A DNA stretch of 64,000 nucleotides, taken from positions 160,001-224,000 of the forward strand of contig CAVOYH010000005.1 of assembly GCA_963700635.1 (NCBI GenBank). The letters run 5' to 3'. The notes beneath the pieces were generated by a model. That model was not told the origin of the DNA. It was given only the letters and a program-made list of their open reading frames with translations, and did not search any database. Source of the stretch: an uncultured Bacteroidota bacterium (GTDB lineage: Bacteria > Bacteroidota > Ignavibacteria > UBA10030 > UBA6906). Numbering within the stretch: the first letter of the stretch is position 1; every line of letters begins with the position of its first letter. Below are positions 7,930 to 18,855 of this stretch, one piece after another. A program made the translations under genes and the position numbers.

Positions 7930-10017
7930 ATGCGAAAGCACTATGGCCGGCAGTTGTGCCAGCTGGTTGCAATGGGACTTCTGTTTACGTGGTCCGCTCC
8001 GGCGGACGAAGGGATGTGGACCTTTGACAACCCTCCACGAAAGCAACTCAATGAACTCTATAATTTCGAACCAACCCAGGAATGGCTGGATCACGTGCGG
8101 TTATCCAGTGTACGCTTTAATGATGGAGGTTCCGGCGCATTTGTGAGCGCGAACGGACTCGTCCTGACGAACCATCATGTCGCACGCGGCCAACTCCAGA
8201 AACTCTCCTCGCCGCAGAAGAATTATGTTGCTCATGGTTTCTATGCAAAAACCATGGCCGACGAGATCAAGGCTCCCGATCTGGAATTGAATGTTCTGGT
8301 GGGCATGGAGGATGTCACACCCCGGGTCCTGTCAATGGTGAAACCGGAGATGTCGGCAAAAGAGGCTCTGGATGCGCGGAAAGCCGCCACAGCCCGTATC
8401 TCAAAGGAGAGCAAAGAGAAAACCGGACTCCGCTCGGACGTGGTCAGCCTTTATCAGGGTGGTGAGTACTGGTTGTACACCTACAAAAAATACACGGATG
8501 TACGTCTTGTGATGGCACCGGAAGAGGGGATCGCCTTCTTCGGCGGTGACGCGGACAACTTCACCTTCCCCCGGCATGACCTCGACATGGCGTTTTTCCG
8601 TGTTTATGAAAACAACATGCCACTCAGGACGGAACACTATCTTCGCTGGAAGACCTCCGGTGCGGCGGACGGAGAACTCGTGTTTGTGTCGGGCCACCCG
8701 GGATCAACGAATCGTCTGCAGACATATGCGCAGACCGAATACCAGCGGGACTTTGTATACCCGTTGCGGCTGAAGGGGCTCAAGCGGCGCCTTGCCATGC
8801 TACGGGCGTACGCTGCACGCGGGCCTGAACAGGCACGGCAGGCAAGCGGTCAGTTGTTTGGAATCGAAAATTCGCTGAAGGTACTGGGCGGAGAATACCG
8901 CGGGTTACAGAGTAAGGAGTTGATGGCGAGAAAAGCAGCGGAGGAAAAAGAGTTCCGCGATCGGATTGCCGCAAGTCCTGACTGGACCCGACAGTATGCG
9001 TGGGCATGGGATTCCGTTGCCGCGGCCACCGAACGGACCGTCGCGTCACTCAAGACAAAAACGTACCGGCAGATCACCGGCCGGACATTCGGGTTTGCGG
9101 CGTCGCTTGTGCTGTATGCCGGGGAAATCAAGAAGCCGAATGGCGAACGTCTCTCGCTGTACCAGGATGCAAACCTGGAATCCACGAAGTTTCGTCTGTT
9201 CTCACCCGCCCCCGTCTATGCAGAACTTGATGAAATGCAGATGGCTGAAGCACTAACGGAGGCACTTGCAGAACTCGGGCCGCGGGATCCGTGGGTGGCG
9301 ACGGTGCTCGGAGGCAAGACACCCGCAGAAGTCGCCCGTGAGCTCGTACAGGGAACAAAACTCGCTGATCCCGCCGTACGCAAGGCGCTTTTCCAGGGGG
9401 GCGAGAAGGCCATTGCCACTTCTACCGATCCGATGATCGTGCTTGCCCGGAAACTTGAGCCGATGAACCGGGAAACCCGCTTGTGGGAAGAAAAAAACGT
9501 CACGGGTACAATCACCAGGGCAAGCGGGGCAATCGGAGAGGCCCGGTTTGCTGTCTATGGAAAGTCCGCGTACCCCGATGCGACGTTTACGCTGCGTCTT
9601 TCCTACGGCACGGTCAAGGGATACCCCATGAACGGCACCGTCGCTCCGTCAAAGACCACGCTCTACGGTCTGTACGACAGGGCCTATAGTTTCGATCGGA
9701 AAGGCGAATACGTGATCCCGGAGCGGTTCATCGATCGACTCCCATCGCTGGATCTCTCCACGCCCGTCAACTTCGTCAGCACCTGTGACATCATCGGCGG
9801 GAATTCGGGTTCACCCGTGATCAACAAAGCCGGTGAGTACGTCGGGTTGATCTTTGATGGAAATATCGAGAGTCTCCCCGGCCGATTCCTGTATTCAGAC
9901 GAAGCCAGCCGTTCGGTTTCTGTCCATTCTGCCTTTATGATTGAATCCCTGCGGAAACTGTACGATGCAGGACCGCTCGCAGATGAACTGGAAGAGAGAA
10001 CGGACGCGGGTGGGTAA
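7930..10017 (+). CDS. S46 family dipeptidyl peptidase, secreted
   Basis: Signal peptide then 'DEGMW', 'LTNHHV', 'PDATFTLRLSYG', 'DIIGGNSGSP', 'FDGN'; SD GGGAGG before ATG 7930. Confidence 0.92.
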   Translation: MRKHYGRQLCQLVAMGLLFTWSAPADEGMWTFDNPPRKQLNELYNFEPTQEWLDHVRLSSVRFNDGGSGAFVSANGLVLTNHHVARGQLQKLSSPQKNYVAHGFYAKTMADEIKAPDLELNVLVGMEDVTPRVLSMVKPEMSAKEALDARKAATARISKESKEKTGLRSDVVSLYQGGEYWLYTYKKYTDVRLVMAPEEGIAFFGGDADNFTFPRHDLDMAFFRVYENNMPLRTEHYLRWKTSGAADGELVFVSGHPGSTNRLQTYAQTEYQRDFVYPLRLKGLKRRLAMLRAYAARGPEQARQASGQLFGIENSLKVLGGEYRGLQSKELMARKAAEEKEFRDRIAASPDWTRQYAWAWDSVAAATERTVASLKTKTYRQITGRTFGFAASLVLYAGEIKKPNGERLSLYQDANLESTKFRLFSPAPVYAELDEMQMAEALTEALAELGPRDPWVATVLGGKTPAEVARELVQGTKLADPAVRKALFQGGEKAIATSTDPMIVLARKLEPMNRETRLWEEKNVTGTITRASGAIGEARFAVYGKSAYPDATFTLRLSYGTVKGYPMNGTVAPSKTTLYGLYDRAYSFDRKGEYVIPERFIDRLPSLDLSTPVNFVSTCDIIGGNSGSPVINKAGEYVGLIFDGNIESLPGRFLYSDEASRSVSVHSAFMIESLRKLYDAGPLADELEERTDAGG

Positions 10018-10048
10018 CACCCTCCGGCAGTCAGGAGTGGCCGAAAAT

Positions 10049-11446
10049 TTAGAACGGCCACTCCTTCTGCCTCCTCAGCCGTTTCTCCATTCCTGTCCCC
10101 TGAAACATGGCCTTTCTTTCCTCCACGCTCCGTACCCGGTAATCGATGGATGTGTTGTTTGCGAGGGTATAACTCAGAACAGACACTATGGCAGCGGCAT
10201 CAATGAGCGCACGGCGGTCAGCCTTGTCAAAGCTGTCACCAAAATCGTGATAGTGGAAGACAGATTCTTTTTCCAGATGTCCCACCATGGTGAATGACGG
10301 AATCCCCTGCAGCAGGAACGGCTGATGGTCGCTGTTCGTCCACGGGACACTCACAATCCCTCCGGACCAATCAAATCCCTTCAAAGAGTCCAGGAGATTC
10401 TGAACGAGCGGAATCAGTTCATCAAATCCCATGACGTTCACGCCGGTCGGTTTCCCGGGCATGTCCAGATTGATCATCGCCGCAATACTATCCCGGGCGT
10501 GACTGGCAAGATATGCTTTGGCCCCCCATATCCCGAGTTCTTCACCGTTGAACCATACACATTCGATGGTATAGAGATTGAACGGTGCATGCAGGGCGAG
10601 CAGCCGGGCAACTTCAAAAAGAACCGCCGAACCAACCCCGTTATCCACCGCTCCCTGACTTATGTCCCATGAATCGATATGGGCCCCGACCACGATCCTG
10701 GCTTTTCGTTTGCCCGGGAATGTCGCCACGAGATTTGCCGATTGTACCGGAAAACACCGTGATTGCGTGTTCAACCGGACGCGGATTTCCCGACCGGCAG
10801 AGAGCGACCGCCGTAGCCACGATCCCTCTTCCATGGTGATACTGTATGCGGGGACGGAACTGGGCGTCCCCTGGAAATTACTAACCCCCGCGAGCACAAG
10901 TCCTCCGGGCTTATCATTGATAAACAGAACTCCCTTCGCCCCGGCCCGCGCCGCATTGTCAATGACTTCGAGGCGCAGAGGAGATTCTCCATTACGTGGT
11001 GGCTCAGAGGTCACAAGGGCAATGGCGCCCGCAGCGCCTGCCATTTCCCTGTCAAGACCGTATCCTGCCCAGACCAGGCGGGACTCAAACGGTGCGTGTT
11101 GATTCACATAACCAAGGGCGGCGGCCCTGAGCTTCCGGGGTACGGGTGGCAGGACTTCCACACCATCGTCGCCTCTGACCCACCCGGGCATGTCAAACGG
11201 TTCCAGCCTGGAGGTGATTCCGGAGTGACGGAGTTCCTGTTCCAGGATCTGAAGCGCAAGGATGTTAGTCGCGGATCCAGCCAGACGACCCCCCGCCTCA
11301 TCACAGATTCTCTGCAGAACGCGGTACCCTTCATGAGAAGCATAGGCGGAGCCCAGAAGGGCTTCCTTCGTAGAAGGCTCACCTGCGACCGATGGTTGGA
11401 AAGAGACAGTAACAAATGCCAGGAGAAGAATTACATAACGGTTCAT
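10049..11446 (-). CDS. M28 family metallopeptidase with PA domain (carboxypeptidase Q-like)
   Basis: Signal peptide; 'GAHIDSWD', 'GAVDNG', 'GEELG', 'NLDM', 'SDHQPF', 'YHDFGD'. Confidence 0.88.
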   Translation of the reverse strand: MNRYVILLLAFVTVSFQPSVAGEPSTKEALLGSAYASHEGYRVLQRICDEAGGRLAGSATNILALQILEQELRHSGITSRLEPFDMPGWVRGDDGVEVLPPVPRKLRAAALGYVNQHAPFESRLVWAGYGLDREMAGAAGAIALVTSEPPRNGESPLRLEVIDNAARAGAKGVLFINDKPGGLVLAGVSNFQGTPSSVPAYSITMEEGSWLRRSLSAGREIRVRLNTQSRCFPVQSANLVATFPGKRKARIVVGAHIDSWDISQGAVDNGVGSAVLFEVARLLALHAPFNLYTIECVWFNGEELGIWGAKAYLASHARDSIAAMINLDMPGKPTGVNVMGFDELIPLVQNLLDSLKGFDWSGGIVSVPWTNSDHQPFLLQGIPSFTMVGHLEKESVFHYHDFGDSFDKADRRALIDAAAIVSVLSYTLANNTSIDYRVRSVEERKAMFQGTGMEKRLRRQKEWPF

Positions 11447-11610
11447 GCGAGTATCTCACTTTTGGATAGATCGTCTGGTTCTCTGTATATCCAGTGTAGG
11501 GAAGTCCCCTCAGAGAATCAACGACGTATACACCATCCGAATCCCTGCTCCCTCCCTTCACTCTCTCATTGCTTGTCCATGCGGATTATTGTACATTTCC
11601 TATCAATACC

Positions 11611-13050
11611 ATGCGAAATTCAGCACAATTTCTGCTTGATGGCCGGACCGTCAGTCTCGATTTCAGCGCCGGGTCAGGCTGGCGTCCCACGACAACCGTT
11701 CTGCAATATCTTCGCAGCCTTCCGGAACACCGGGGCGTGAAGGAAGGGTGTGCAGAGGGGGATTGCGGGGCCTGCACAGTTGTCCTGGCCGAGGAGCGGC
11801 CTGACGGCAGTCTCTCGTACAACGCGGTGGATTCCTGCCTGGTCTTTCTCCCTTCGCTTGACCGCAAGCAGCTTATCACCATTGAGAATCTAAAAGGCGC
11901 GGACGGCGCCCTCCATCCGGTGCAGTCTGCCATGATCGAGCAGTACGGCAGCCAGTGTGGATTCTGCACCCCGGGGATCGTCATGTCCCTGTTCGCCCTT
12001 TTTAAAAGTGGCGTCACGGCCACGCGTCCGCATGTACTTGACGCGCTTTCCGGGAATCTCTGCCGCTGCACGGGGTACAGGCCTATTGTTGATGCCGCCA
12101 TGGCAGCATGCGCACATCCGCGGAGTGACAAATTCTCCGAAGAGGAACAGCACACTCTGGCCCGGATCCGGGCTATTCCGCGTGAGGATGTCCTGATCGA
12201 AACAGGGACACAACGGTACTTCCGCCCGGTTTCGCTGTCGTCCGCGCTGACCTACCAGAACACCCATCCTGAAGCGCTCGTCATCAACGGGGCAACGGAC
12301 GTTGCTCTCCGGGTCACCAAACGCCACGAACTCCTGCCGTCAATTCTGGATCTTTCGGGGGTTACCGAGTTACGCTCTTGCAACCGCACACCCGGTGGAT
12401 TGGAAATAGGCGCGGGCACAACCATCCAGGAACTTCTGGCCGAATCATCGCACCAATTGTCTGCCCTGGAACAGATGCTCCGGGTTTTTGGATCGAGGCA
12501 GATCCGCAACGTTGCCACCATCGGTGGGAATCTCGGGACCGCGTCGCCCATCGGCGATGCACTTCCGGTCTTCATCGCCCTTGGTGCGGAGGTTCAGCTC
12601 CGGGATATCCGCGCCGCCAGGTCCGTCCAGATCGAAAAGTTTATTACAGGATACCGTTCGATTGATCGCCACCCCGGGGAACTCATCACAGGCGTGAGGA
12701 TTCCGACCATTCCCTCCGGTACGCTGGTACGTTCATACAAAGCCTCACGCCGTCACGATATGGATATTTCTTCAGTGTGCGCAGGGTTCCGGCTGCGTGT
12801 GGGCGGTGAGGGGAGAGTTGAGGAACTCGTCCTTGCCTACGGGGGGATGGCTGCGACGCCGGCACGGGCAAGACAAACCGAAGCCTGGCTTCTTAAAAAA
12901 CCCTGGACGAGAGAATCGGTGGAAGGAGGGATGAAGCTGATCGGGAAAGACTTCACCCCTCTGACCGATGTACGGGGGAGCGCGGAGTATCGCCTGACGG
13001 TAGCACGTAATCTCCTCCTGAAATTCTGGGACGAAACTGCCCGCGTATGA
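11611..13050 (+). CDS. xdhA: Xanthine dehydrogenase small subunit (2x[2Fe-2S] + FAD)
   Basis: 'KEGCAEGDCGACT', 'QCGFCTPG', 'GNLCRCTGYRPI', 'QIRNVATIGGNL', 'SPIGD'. Confidence 0.93.
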   Translation: MRNSAQFLLDGRTVSLDFSAGSGWRPTTTVLQYLRSLPEHRGVKEGCAEGDCGACTVVLAEERPDGSLSYNAVDSCLVFLPSLDRKQLITIENLKGADGALHPVQSAMIEQYGSQCGFCTPGIVMSLFALFKSGVTATRPHVLDALSGNLCRCTGYRPIVDAAMAACAHPRSDKFSEEEQHTLARIRAIPREDVLIETGTQRYFRPVSLSSALTYQNTHPEALVINGATDVALRVTKRHELLPSILDLSGVTELRSCNRTPGGLEIGAGTTIQELLAESSHQLSALEQMLRVFGSRQIRNVATIGGNLGTASPIGDALPVFIALGAEVQLRDIRAARSVQIEKFITGYRSIDRHPGELITGVRIPTIPSGTLVRSYKASRRHDMDISSVCAGFRLRVGGEGRVEELVLAYGGMAATPARARQTEAWLLKKPWTRESVEGGMKLIGKDFTPLTDVRGSAEYRLTVARNLLLKFWDETARV

Positions 13051-15381
13051 ACCCTCTCCTCCCACATGAAAGCGCACGGGGACACGTTACGGGGGAAGCC
13101 CTGTTTGTGGATGATCTTCCGGAACCGGAAAGGCTGCTTACCGGGCGTGTCGTGTACAGCCCCCATGCCCGCGCACGCGTCCGGTCGTTTGATCTGAAAG
13201 CGGCCAGATCCGTTCCGGGCATCCATGCCGTCCTTTCGGCTTCCGATATTCCCGGCCAGAATCAGATGGGCCCGGTAATCAAAGATGAGCCCGTCCTTGC
13301 TGCCGATGAAGTGTTCTGTATCGGGCAGGCTGTATTTCTTATCGCCGGAGAGACGGAGGAGCAATGCCGCGAAGCCGAACGGCAGATCAAGGTTGAGTAT
13401 GAACCCCTTGAGTCCGTTCTCACGCTCACCGAGGCAATGGCAAAGGGATCGGTGCTCGGACCGCCCCGGAAGATCGAGCGTGGTGATGCACCGGGCGTGA
13501 TCCGGGATGCACCGCTGACGAATCTCGGGAGAGCTGGAGACGGGGGCGCAGGAGCACTGGTATCTTGAGACGCAGGTTTGTCTCTGCGTGCCTCTTGAAT
13601 CAGACCAGATGCAGGTGTTCAGCTCGACCCAGCACCCATCCGAAACGCATGCCCTTGTGGCTCAGGTCCTGGGATGGCCCCGCAACGCGGTGACGGTTGA
13701 GGTGAGGCGGGTCGGCGGCGGATTTGGCGGAAAGGAAACGCAGGCAAACCATGTGGCGTGCTGGGCGGCCCTGCTTGCGTTTGCCACCGGGCGTCCGGTG
13801 AAAATCCGGCTCTTCCGGGATGATGATATGATTATGACCGGCAAACGCCACCGGTTTCTGATCCGGTACGAGGCCGGCTTTGATCGTGAAGGTATGCTGC
13901 TGGGTGTGGTGCTGGAATTGAACAGTGACGGTGGGGCGGCGACGGATCTTTCTTTTGCCATCCTTGAGCGTGCGATGTTGCACGTCGATAACAGTTATTT
14001 CCTTCCCGCGTGCTCCGTGACCGGCTGCGTATGGAAGACAAACCTCCCGTCCAACACGGCCTTCCGCGGATTCGGGGGTCCACAGGGGATGGCGGCGATT
14101 GAAACGATCATGGACCGGATCGCACGGACAGTACAGCAGGATCCGGCAGAGATCCGGCGGAAGAATTTTTACCGTGCTTCCCCCACGGATACCACGCACT
14201 ACGGACAGGTGGTGGAGAACAACCGGCTGGACTTCATCTATGACCGGCTCCTCGGCTCGTCGGACTACGTCCGGCGGCGTCTCGACATCGAGGCGTTTAA
14301 CGCCGGACATGAATTTCAGAAGCGCGGCATCGCGCTGACGCCCGTAAAATTTGGGATCTCGTTCACCACCACGTTCCTGAATCAGGCGGGGGCACTCGTC
14401 AGTATCTATACCGACGGAACGGTGCTGGTGAACCACGGCGGGGTGGAAATGGGGCAGGGGCTCCACACCAAAATCCAGGGTGTGGCTGCCGCCGAATTCG
14501 GCATCAATCCTTCGTTTGTGCGGGTGAACGCGACAAACACCGGTACCATTCCAAACACGTCGGCAACGGCCGCATCCTCGGGCGCTGACATGAATGGCAT
14601 GGCGGTCAAGAATGCGGTGGACATTCTCAAGGGGCGTATGGTCGAGGGACTCGCCCGGCATTTCTCGGTGTTACATCTGGGTGATCCCACGATGCCCGGG
14701 GATCTCCGGTTTTCGGATGACCGCATCGTCGATTCAAAACATCCGGACCGGATGGTGACGTTCAGAGAAGGTGTTCAACTTCTCTACCTCCAGCGGGTCA
14801 GCTTGAGCGCTGCCGGGTTCTACACCACGCCGGAGATCGGCTGGGACCGGCAGAAAGGCCGGGGACGTCCGTTTCTTTATTATGCGTTCGGCATGGCCGT
14901 CAGCGAGGTGCTGGTTGACGTGCTTACCGGTGACCATACGGTCGTGCGCACGGATATTGCTCATGATGTCGGGGATTCGCTGAATCCCGGCATCGATATC
15001 GGACAGGTGGAAGGGGGATTTCTTCAGGGGGTGGGGTGGTGTACGACGGAGGAGGTTCTCTGGGACCAGCACGGCCGGCTTCTCACCCATTCACCCGATA
15101 CGTACAAGATCCCCACGGCGGGTGATATGCCTCCGGATTTCCGTGTTGAGTTGCTCACCGGTGTCCCTCAACCGGGCACCATCCGCAGGAGTAAGGCCGT
15201 GGGTGAACCGCCGTTTATGCTGGCACTCTCTGTCTGGCTCGCCATCAAGGACGCACTCTCAGCGATCACGGACCATACGGTTGAACCGGAATTCTCTCTT
15301 CCCGCAACACGGGAACGGATTGTCCGTACTGCTGAAATGCTCAGGTCCACAAAAACTCAACCGGTTTCATATTCATCGTAA
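13047..15381 (+). pseudogene. xdhB: Xanthine dehydrogenase molybdopterin-binding subunit, split by an apparent +1 insertion near 13518 (probably a sequence error; likely intact in vivo)
   Basis: ORF 13047-13568 ('PHESARGHVTGEA') and ORF 13588-15381 join into 'DAPLRISGELETGAQEHWYLETQ' if A13518 is removed. 'GGFGGKETQ', 'AFRGFGGPQG', 'EMGQGL' and 'KAVGEPP' are all intact. Confidence 0.9.
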
Positions 15382-15411
15382 TCGTATTTTGCGCAAAGAA
15401 CACAGGAGTCT

Positions 15412-16737
15412 ATGAAGACAACATCAAACGCTCAGGAATCCATCCGGCAGGCCGGTGTGGTAGGTGCCGGTGGGGCTGGATTCCCCACGCATGTGAAGGC
15501 CGCTGCGAAGGTCGATACCATCATCGCGAACGGTGCAGAGTGTGAACCTCTTATCCACAAGGACTACGAAGTGATGGTCCACCAAGCGCCGGAGATCGTC
15601 AGAGGGGTGCGCGCGCTCATGCATGCCACCGGTGCACCCAGAGGGATCATCGGGATGAAGGAAAAAAATGCGGCTGCGGTGGAGGCGATCTCAAAAGCCA
15701 TCGATGGAAAAGACGTGTCGATCCATCTCCTCGGAGATTTTTATCCGTCCGGTGATGAGTACATCCTCGTCTACGAAGCCACCGGGCGCCTGATTCCGCC
15801 GCAGGGAATACCCCTGGATGTCGGGGTGGTTGTGAACAACGTTGAAACACTTTACAATATCGCGCGCGCTGCCGATGGAATGCCGGTCACGCAGAAGTGG
15901 ATTACCGTGGCAGGTGCGGTGCGCAAACCGGTAACATTCCGCGCTCCCATCGGCATGTCATTTCAGGAGGCGCTGGCGGCAGCCGGAGGCGCCACGACAT
16001 CGGAATTCGGGGTGTTCGTGGGTGGGATCATGATGGGAGCTCTCGAATTTGATATGAGTCGTGTCATCACAAAAACCACCGCCGGCCTGGTGGTCCTGCC
16101 CGTGGATCATCAATTGATCGTGCGGAAACGACAGCCTGAGAAGGTGATGCACAAAATCGGGAAATCGGCGTGCGATCAGTGCACGTTCTGCACGGAGCTC
16201 TGCCCGCGTTATCTCCTGGGATATGACGTCCAGCCGCACAAAGTCATGCGCAGTCTTGGCTTCACCAAGACGGGTGAGGCGTTCTGGAATCAATATGCTT
16301 CACTCTGTTGCGCCTGCGGCCTGTGCACCCTCTATGCCTGCCCTGAAAACCTGTTCCCGAAGGAGGCGTGTGACAAGGGGAAAGCGGATATGAAAGAACA
16401 CGGGGAGAAGTGGGAAGGGAACCGGGAGGTCAAACCCCATGCGATGTATGAGGGGCGCCGCACACCACTCAAGGGGTTGATGAAGAAGCTGGGCGTCACC
16501 GCGTATGACCATCCGTCGATATTCCAGAATGCCACCCCGGCCCCGCGGCGGGTGTCCATCCCGCTCGCGCAGCATATCGGTACGCCCGCTTCAGCCATCG
16601 TGAAACCCGGCGAGCGCGTGGAAGAGGGAGCATGTATTGCCGACATTCCCGGCGAAAAACTCGGCGCCCGGATTCACGCCAGCATTGGCGGCATCGTCCG
16701 CAGCGTTGATACAGCCATTGTCATTGAACAAGGATAA
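15412..16737 (+). CDS. pduS: PduS-like (RnfC-related) FMN/[4Fe-4S] oxidoreductase
   Basis: 'GVVGAGGAGFPTHVK', 'NGAECEP', SLBB-like segment, 'CDQCTFCTELCP', 'CCACGLCTLYACP', C-terminal 'IPLAQHIGTPA...IHASIGG' barrel; same domain order as PduS. Confidence 0.82.
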   Translation: MKTTSNAQESIRQAGVVGAGGAGFPTHVKAAAKVDTIIANGAECEPLIHKDYEVMVHQAPEIVRGVRALMHATGAPRGIIGMKEKNAAAVEAISKAIDGKDVSIHLLGDFYPSGDEYILVYEATGRLIPPQGIPLDVGVVVNNVETLYNIARAADGMPVTQKWITVAGAVRKPVTFRAPIGMSFQEALAAAGGATTSEFGVFVGGIMMGALEFDMSRVITKTTAGLVVLPVDHQLIVRKRQPEKVMHKIGKSACDQCTFCTELCPRYLLGYDVQPHKVMRSLGFTKTGEAFWNQYASLCCACGLCTLYACPENLFPKEACDKGKADMKEHGEKWEGNREVKPHAMYEGRRTPLKGLMKKLGVTAYDHPSIFQNATPAPRRVSIPLAQHIGTPASAIVKPGERVEEGACIADIPGEKLGARIHASIGGIVRSVDTAIVIEQG

Positions 16738-16740
16738 CAT

Positions 16741-17292
16741 ATGCAAAAAAATTCCATCGGTTTAGTTGAACTCTCCAGTATCGCCGCCGGATTTCTTGTC
16801 GCCGACGCCATGCTCAAAGCTGCCGAGGTGGAGATTCTCCTCTCACGCACCATCTGCTCCGGGAAATATATGGTTCTTGTGGGCGGAGATGTTGCCGGGG
16901 TGACAGCCAGCGTTGAAGCCGGCATCGCAATCGGCGAAGGTACGGTTATTGACACCTTCGTGATCCCCAATGTCCATGCTTCGTTGTTTCCGGCGCTGGG
17001 CGGAACGGCAAAAGTGACTTCGCTGGAGGCGCTCGGGATTATTGAATCGTTCTCGGTGGCCTCGATGATCGAAGCCGCGGATGCGGCGGCAAAAGCTGCG
17101 AAAGTCCAGCTTATCGAACTCCGGCTTGCCATGGCGCTCGGAGGGAAGGCCTTCGTGACGCTTACCGGCGATGTCGCGGCCGCCCAGGCTGCCGTGGATG
17201 CCGGCGCAGCCGTTGTCGCGTCAAAGGGACTGCTGGTCAACAAGGTGGTTATTCCCGCCCCCCGCCGGGAACTCCTGTCGGAGATTGTGTGA
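16741..17292 (+). CDS. pduT: PduT-like tandem-domain bacterial microcompartment shell protein (BMC-T)
   Basis: Two BMC domains ('IGLVELSSIAAGFLVADAMLKAAEV' and 'LGIIESFSVASMIEAADAAAKAAKV'); 'TICSGKY' carries Cys39, equivalent to the PduT pore Fe-S ligand. Confidence 0.88.
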   Translation: MQKNSIGLVELSSIAAGFLVADAMLKAAEVEILLSRTICSGKYMVLVGGDVAGVTASVEAGIAIGEGTVIDTFVIPNVHASLFPALGGTAKVTSLEALGIIESFSVASMIEAADAAAKAAKVQLIELRLAMALGGKAFVTLTGDVAAAQAAVDAGAAVVASKGLLVNKVVIPAPRRELLSEIV

Positions 17293-18830
17293 TCTCCTTC
17301 AAACTGGCCCTGCCGATCGTATGCGTGACTGCATGTGTTTCATGTGGAGCCCCTGCACCGTCAATTCTGCGTGACTCACAGGTTGTGTCCGCAGAGCGGG
17401 CAGCATCTCACGTCAGATACCTGGCATCCGATGCCCTGCTCGGGCGTAATACGCCGAGTCCCGGGCTGGACAGCGCGGCCGTGTACATCGCACGGACGTT
17501 CGCGGAAGCCGGTCTCCAGCCCGTCCATGGGTCGTATTTTCAGGAGGTGGTGCTGAATACCGTGGCTCTTGGCGACACGAATACGCTTGCGCTCACCATG
17601 GCGGGGCACATCGAACACTTTGTCCTGAAAGATGATTTTGTCCCGTTCGACATGACTGCGAACAACAGCGTCTCCGGGGATATTGTTTTCGCCGGCTACG
17701 GTATTGTTGCACCGGAGTATGGATACGATGATTATGCGGAGCTGGATGTAAAGGGGAAGATCGTGGCCGTGCTCCGCCATGAACCGGGCGAGGAGGACAC
17801 CGCATCGGTGTTCAACGGGCGGAAGAGCACGGACTATTCCAACGTTTTAACCAAGGTGCGTATCGCGATGGAACGTGGTGCGGCGGGCCTGCTGGTGATG
17901 ACGGATCCGCTGAATCATCGATCCCTTACACCCAGGGGGTTTGCCTGGCCGTCTCTCTCCCGGACTATCCCGCAGGACGCCCTTCCGATGACCCTTGTGG
18001 TGGAGGAATCGGCAAAGATACCCGTCCTCCATATCGGCGAACGGGTGATTACACGGTTGTTCGGGAGCGTAGATTCGCTGCGCGCGATACAGGCGGGTAT
18101 TGATGCCTCGGTGTCTCCGCGCTCCTACCCGTTGACGGGGATTTCGGGAACGATGCGGACTTCAACCTCAATCCGGGTCCACGCGACACGCAATGTGGTG
18201 GGATTGATGCCGGGCACCGATCCCCGGTCCGAGTTGTCCGTGGTAATCGTCGGCGCCCATTACGACCACGTTGGATACAAAAAGAACAGTCCCGCCGGCA
18301 CAGACTCCATCTATAATGGTGCTGATGACAACGCCTCCGGGACCGCGGCCCTGCTCGAGGTGGCTGCGGCGCTTGGTGCGTCCGGATCCCGGCCTGCCCG
18401 GCCAATTCTCCTCGTGGCGTTCACCGGTGAAGAAAAGGGACTGTTCGGCTCGCAGTACTACGCACAACATCCGCTCTTTCCTCTTGCAGAGACCGTGGCC
18501 ATGCTCAATATGGATATGGTCGGGCGAAACGATCCGGATTCACTTTTGCTCATCGTTGATGACCGCGATTCATCCCTCATGCGTATAGCCCGGGAGGAGA
18601 ACACACCTCCTTCATTTATCCTCACCCGATCGTACGTGGAAGCAGGGGGGAGCGATCATTTGAGTTTTAGCAAGCACACTATACCCGTCCTCTTTTTCCA
18701 CTCCGGCCTGCACGCCGAGTATCATCGTGTGGCCGACGAAGCACATCGTGTTAATGCTGAGAAAATCGCGCGGGTAGCCGGACTGGTGTTTCGCACCGCC
18801 CGGCGGCTGGCAGAAGCCCCGCTACAGTAG
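17289..18830 (+). CDS. M28 family peptidase with PA domain, probable lipoprotein
   Basis: 'LASDALLGR', 'VFAGYGI', 'GAHYDHVG', 'GADDNASG', 'GEEKGLFGS', 'NMDMVGR', 'SDH'; GTG start overlaps the pduT stop. Confidence 0.88.
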   Translation: MISFKLALPIVCVTACVSCGAPAPSILRDSQVVSAERAASHVRYLASDALLGRNTPSPGLDSAAVYIARTFAEAGLQPVHGSYFQEVVLNTVALGDTNTLALTMAGHIEHFVLKDDFVPFDMTANNSVSGDIVFAGYGIVAPEYGYDDYAELDVKGKIVAVLRHEPGEEDTASVFNGRKSTDYSNVLTKVRIAMERGAAGLLVMTDPLNHRSLTPRGFAWPSLSRTIPQDALPMTLVVEESAKIPVLHIGERVITRLFGSVDSLRAIQAGIDASVSPRSYPLTGISGTMRTSTSIRVHATRNVVGLMPGTDPRSELSVVIVGAHYDHVGYKKNSPAGTDSIYNGADDNASGTAALLEVAAALGASGSRPARPILLVAFTGEEKGLFGSQYYAQHPLFPLAETVAMLNMDMVGRNDPDSLLLIVDDRDSSLMRIAREENTPPSFILTRSYVEAGGSDHLSFSKHTIPVLFFHSGLHAEYHRVADEAHRVNAEKIARVAGLVFRTARRLAEAPLQ

Positions 18831-18855
18831 TTAATCACTTTCATCAGGGAGACAT

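Noticed and set aside
13047-13568. Separate small XDH subunit, or selenocysteine read-through at the TGA
   Set aside because: Homology continues in a different frame before the TGA, so this is a frameshift and not a split gene or recoded stop
15412-16737. rnfC of an Rnf complex
   Set aside because: Domain order is PduS-type (barrel at the C-terminus), it is paired with pduT, and rnfABDEG are absent from the window
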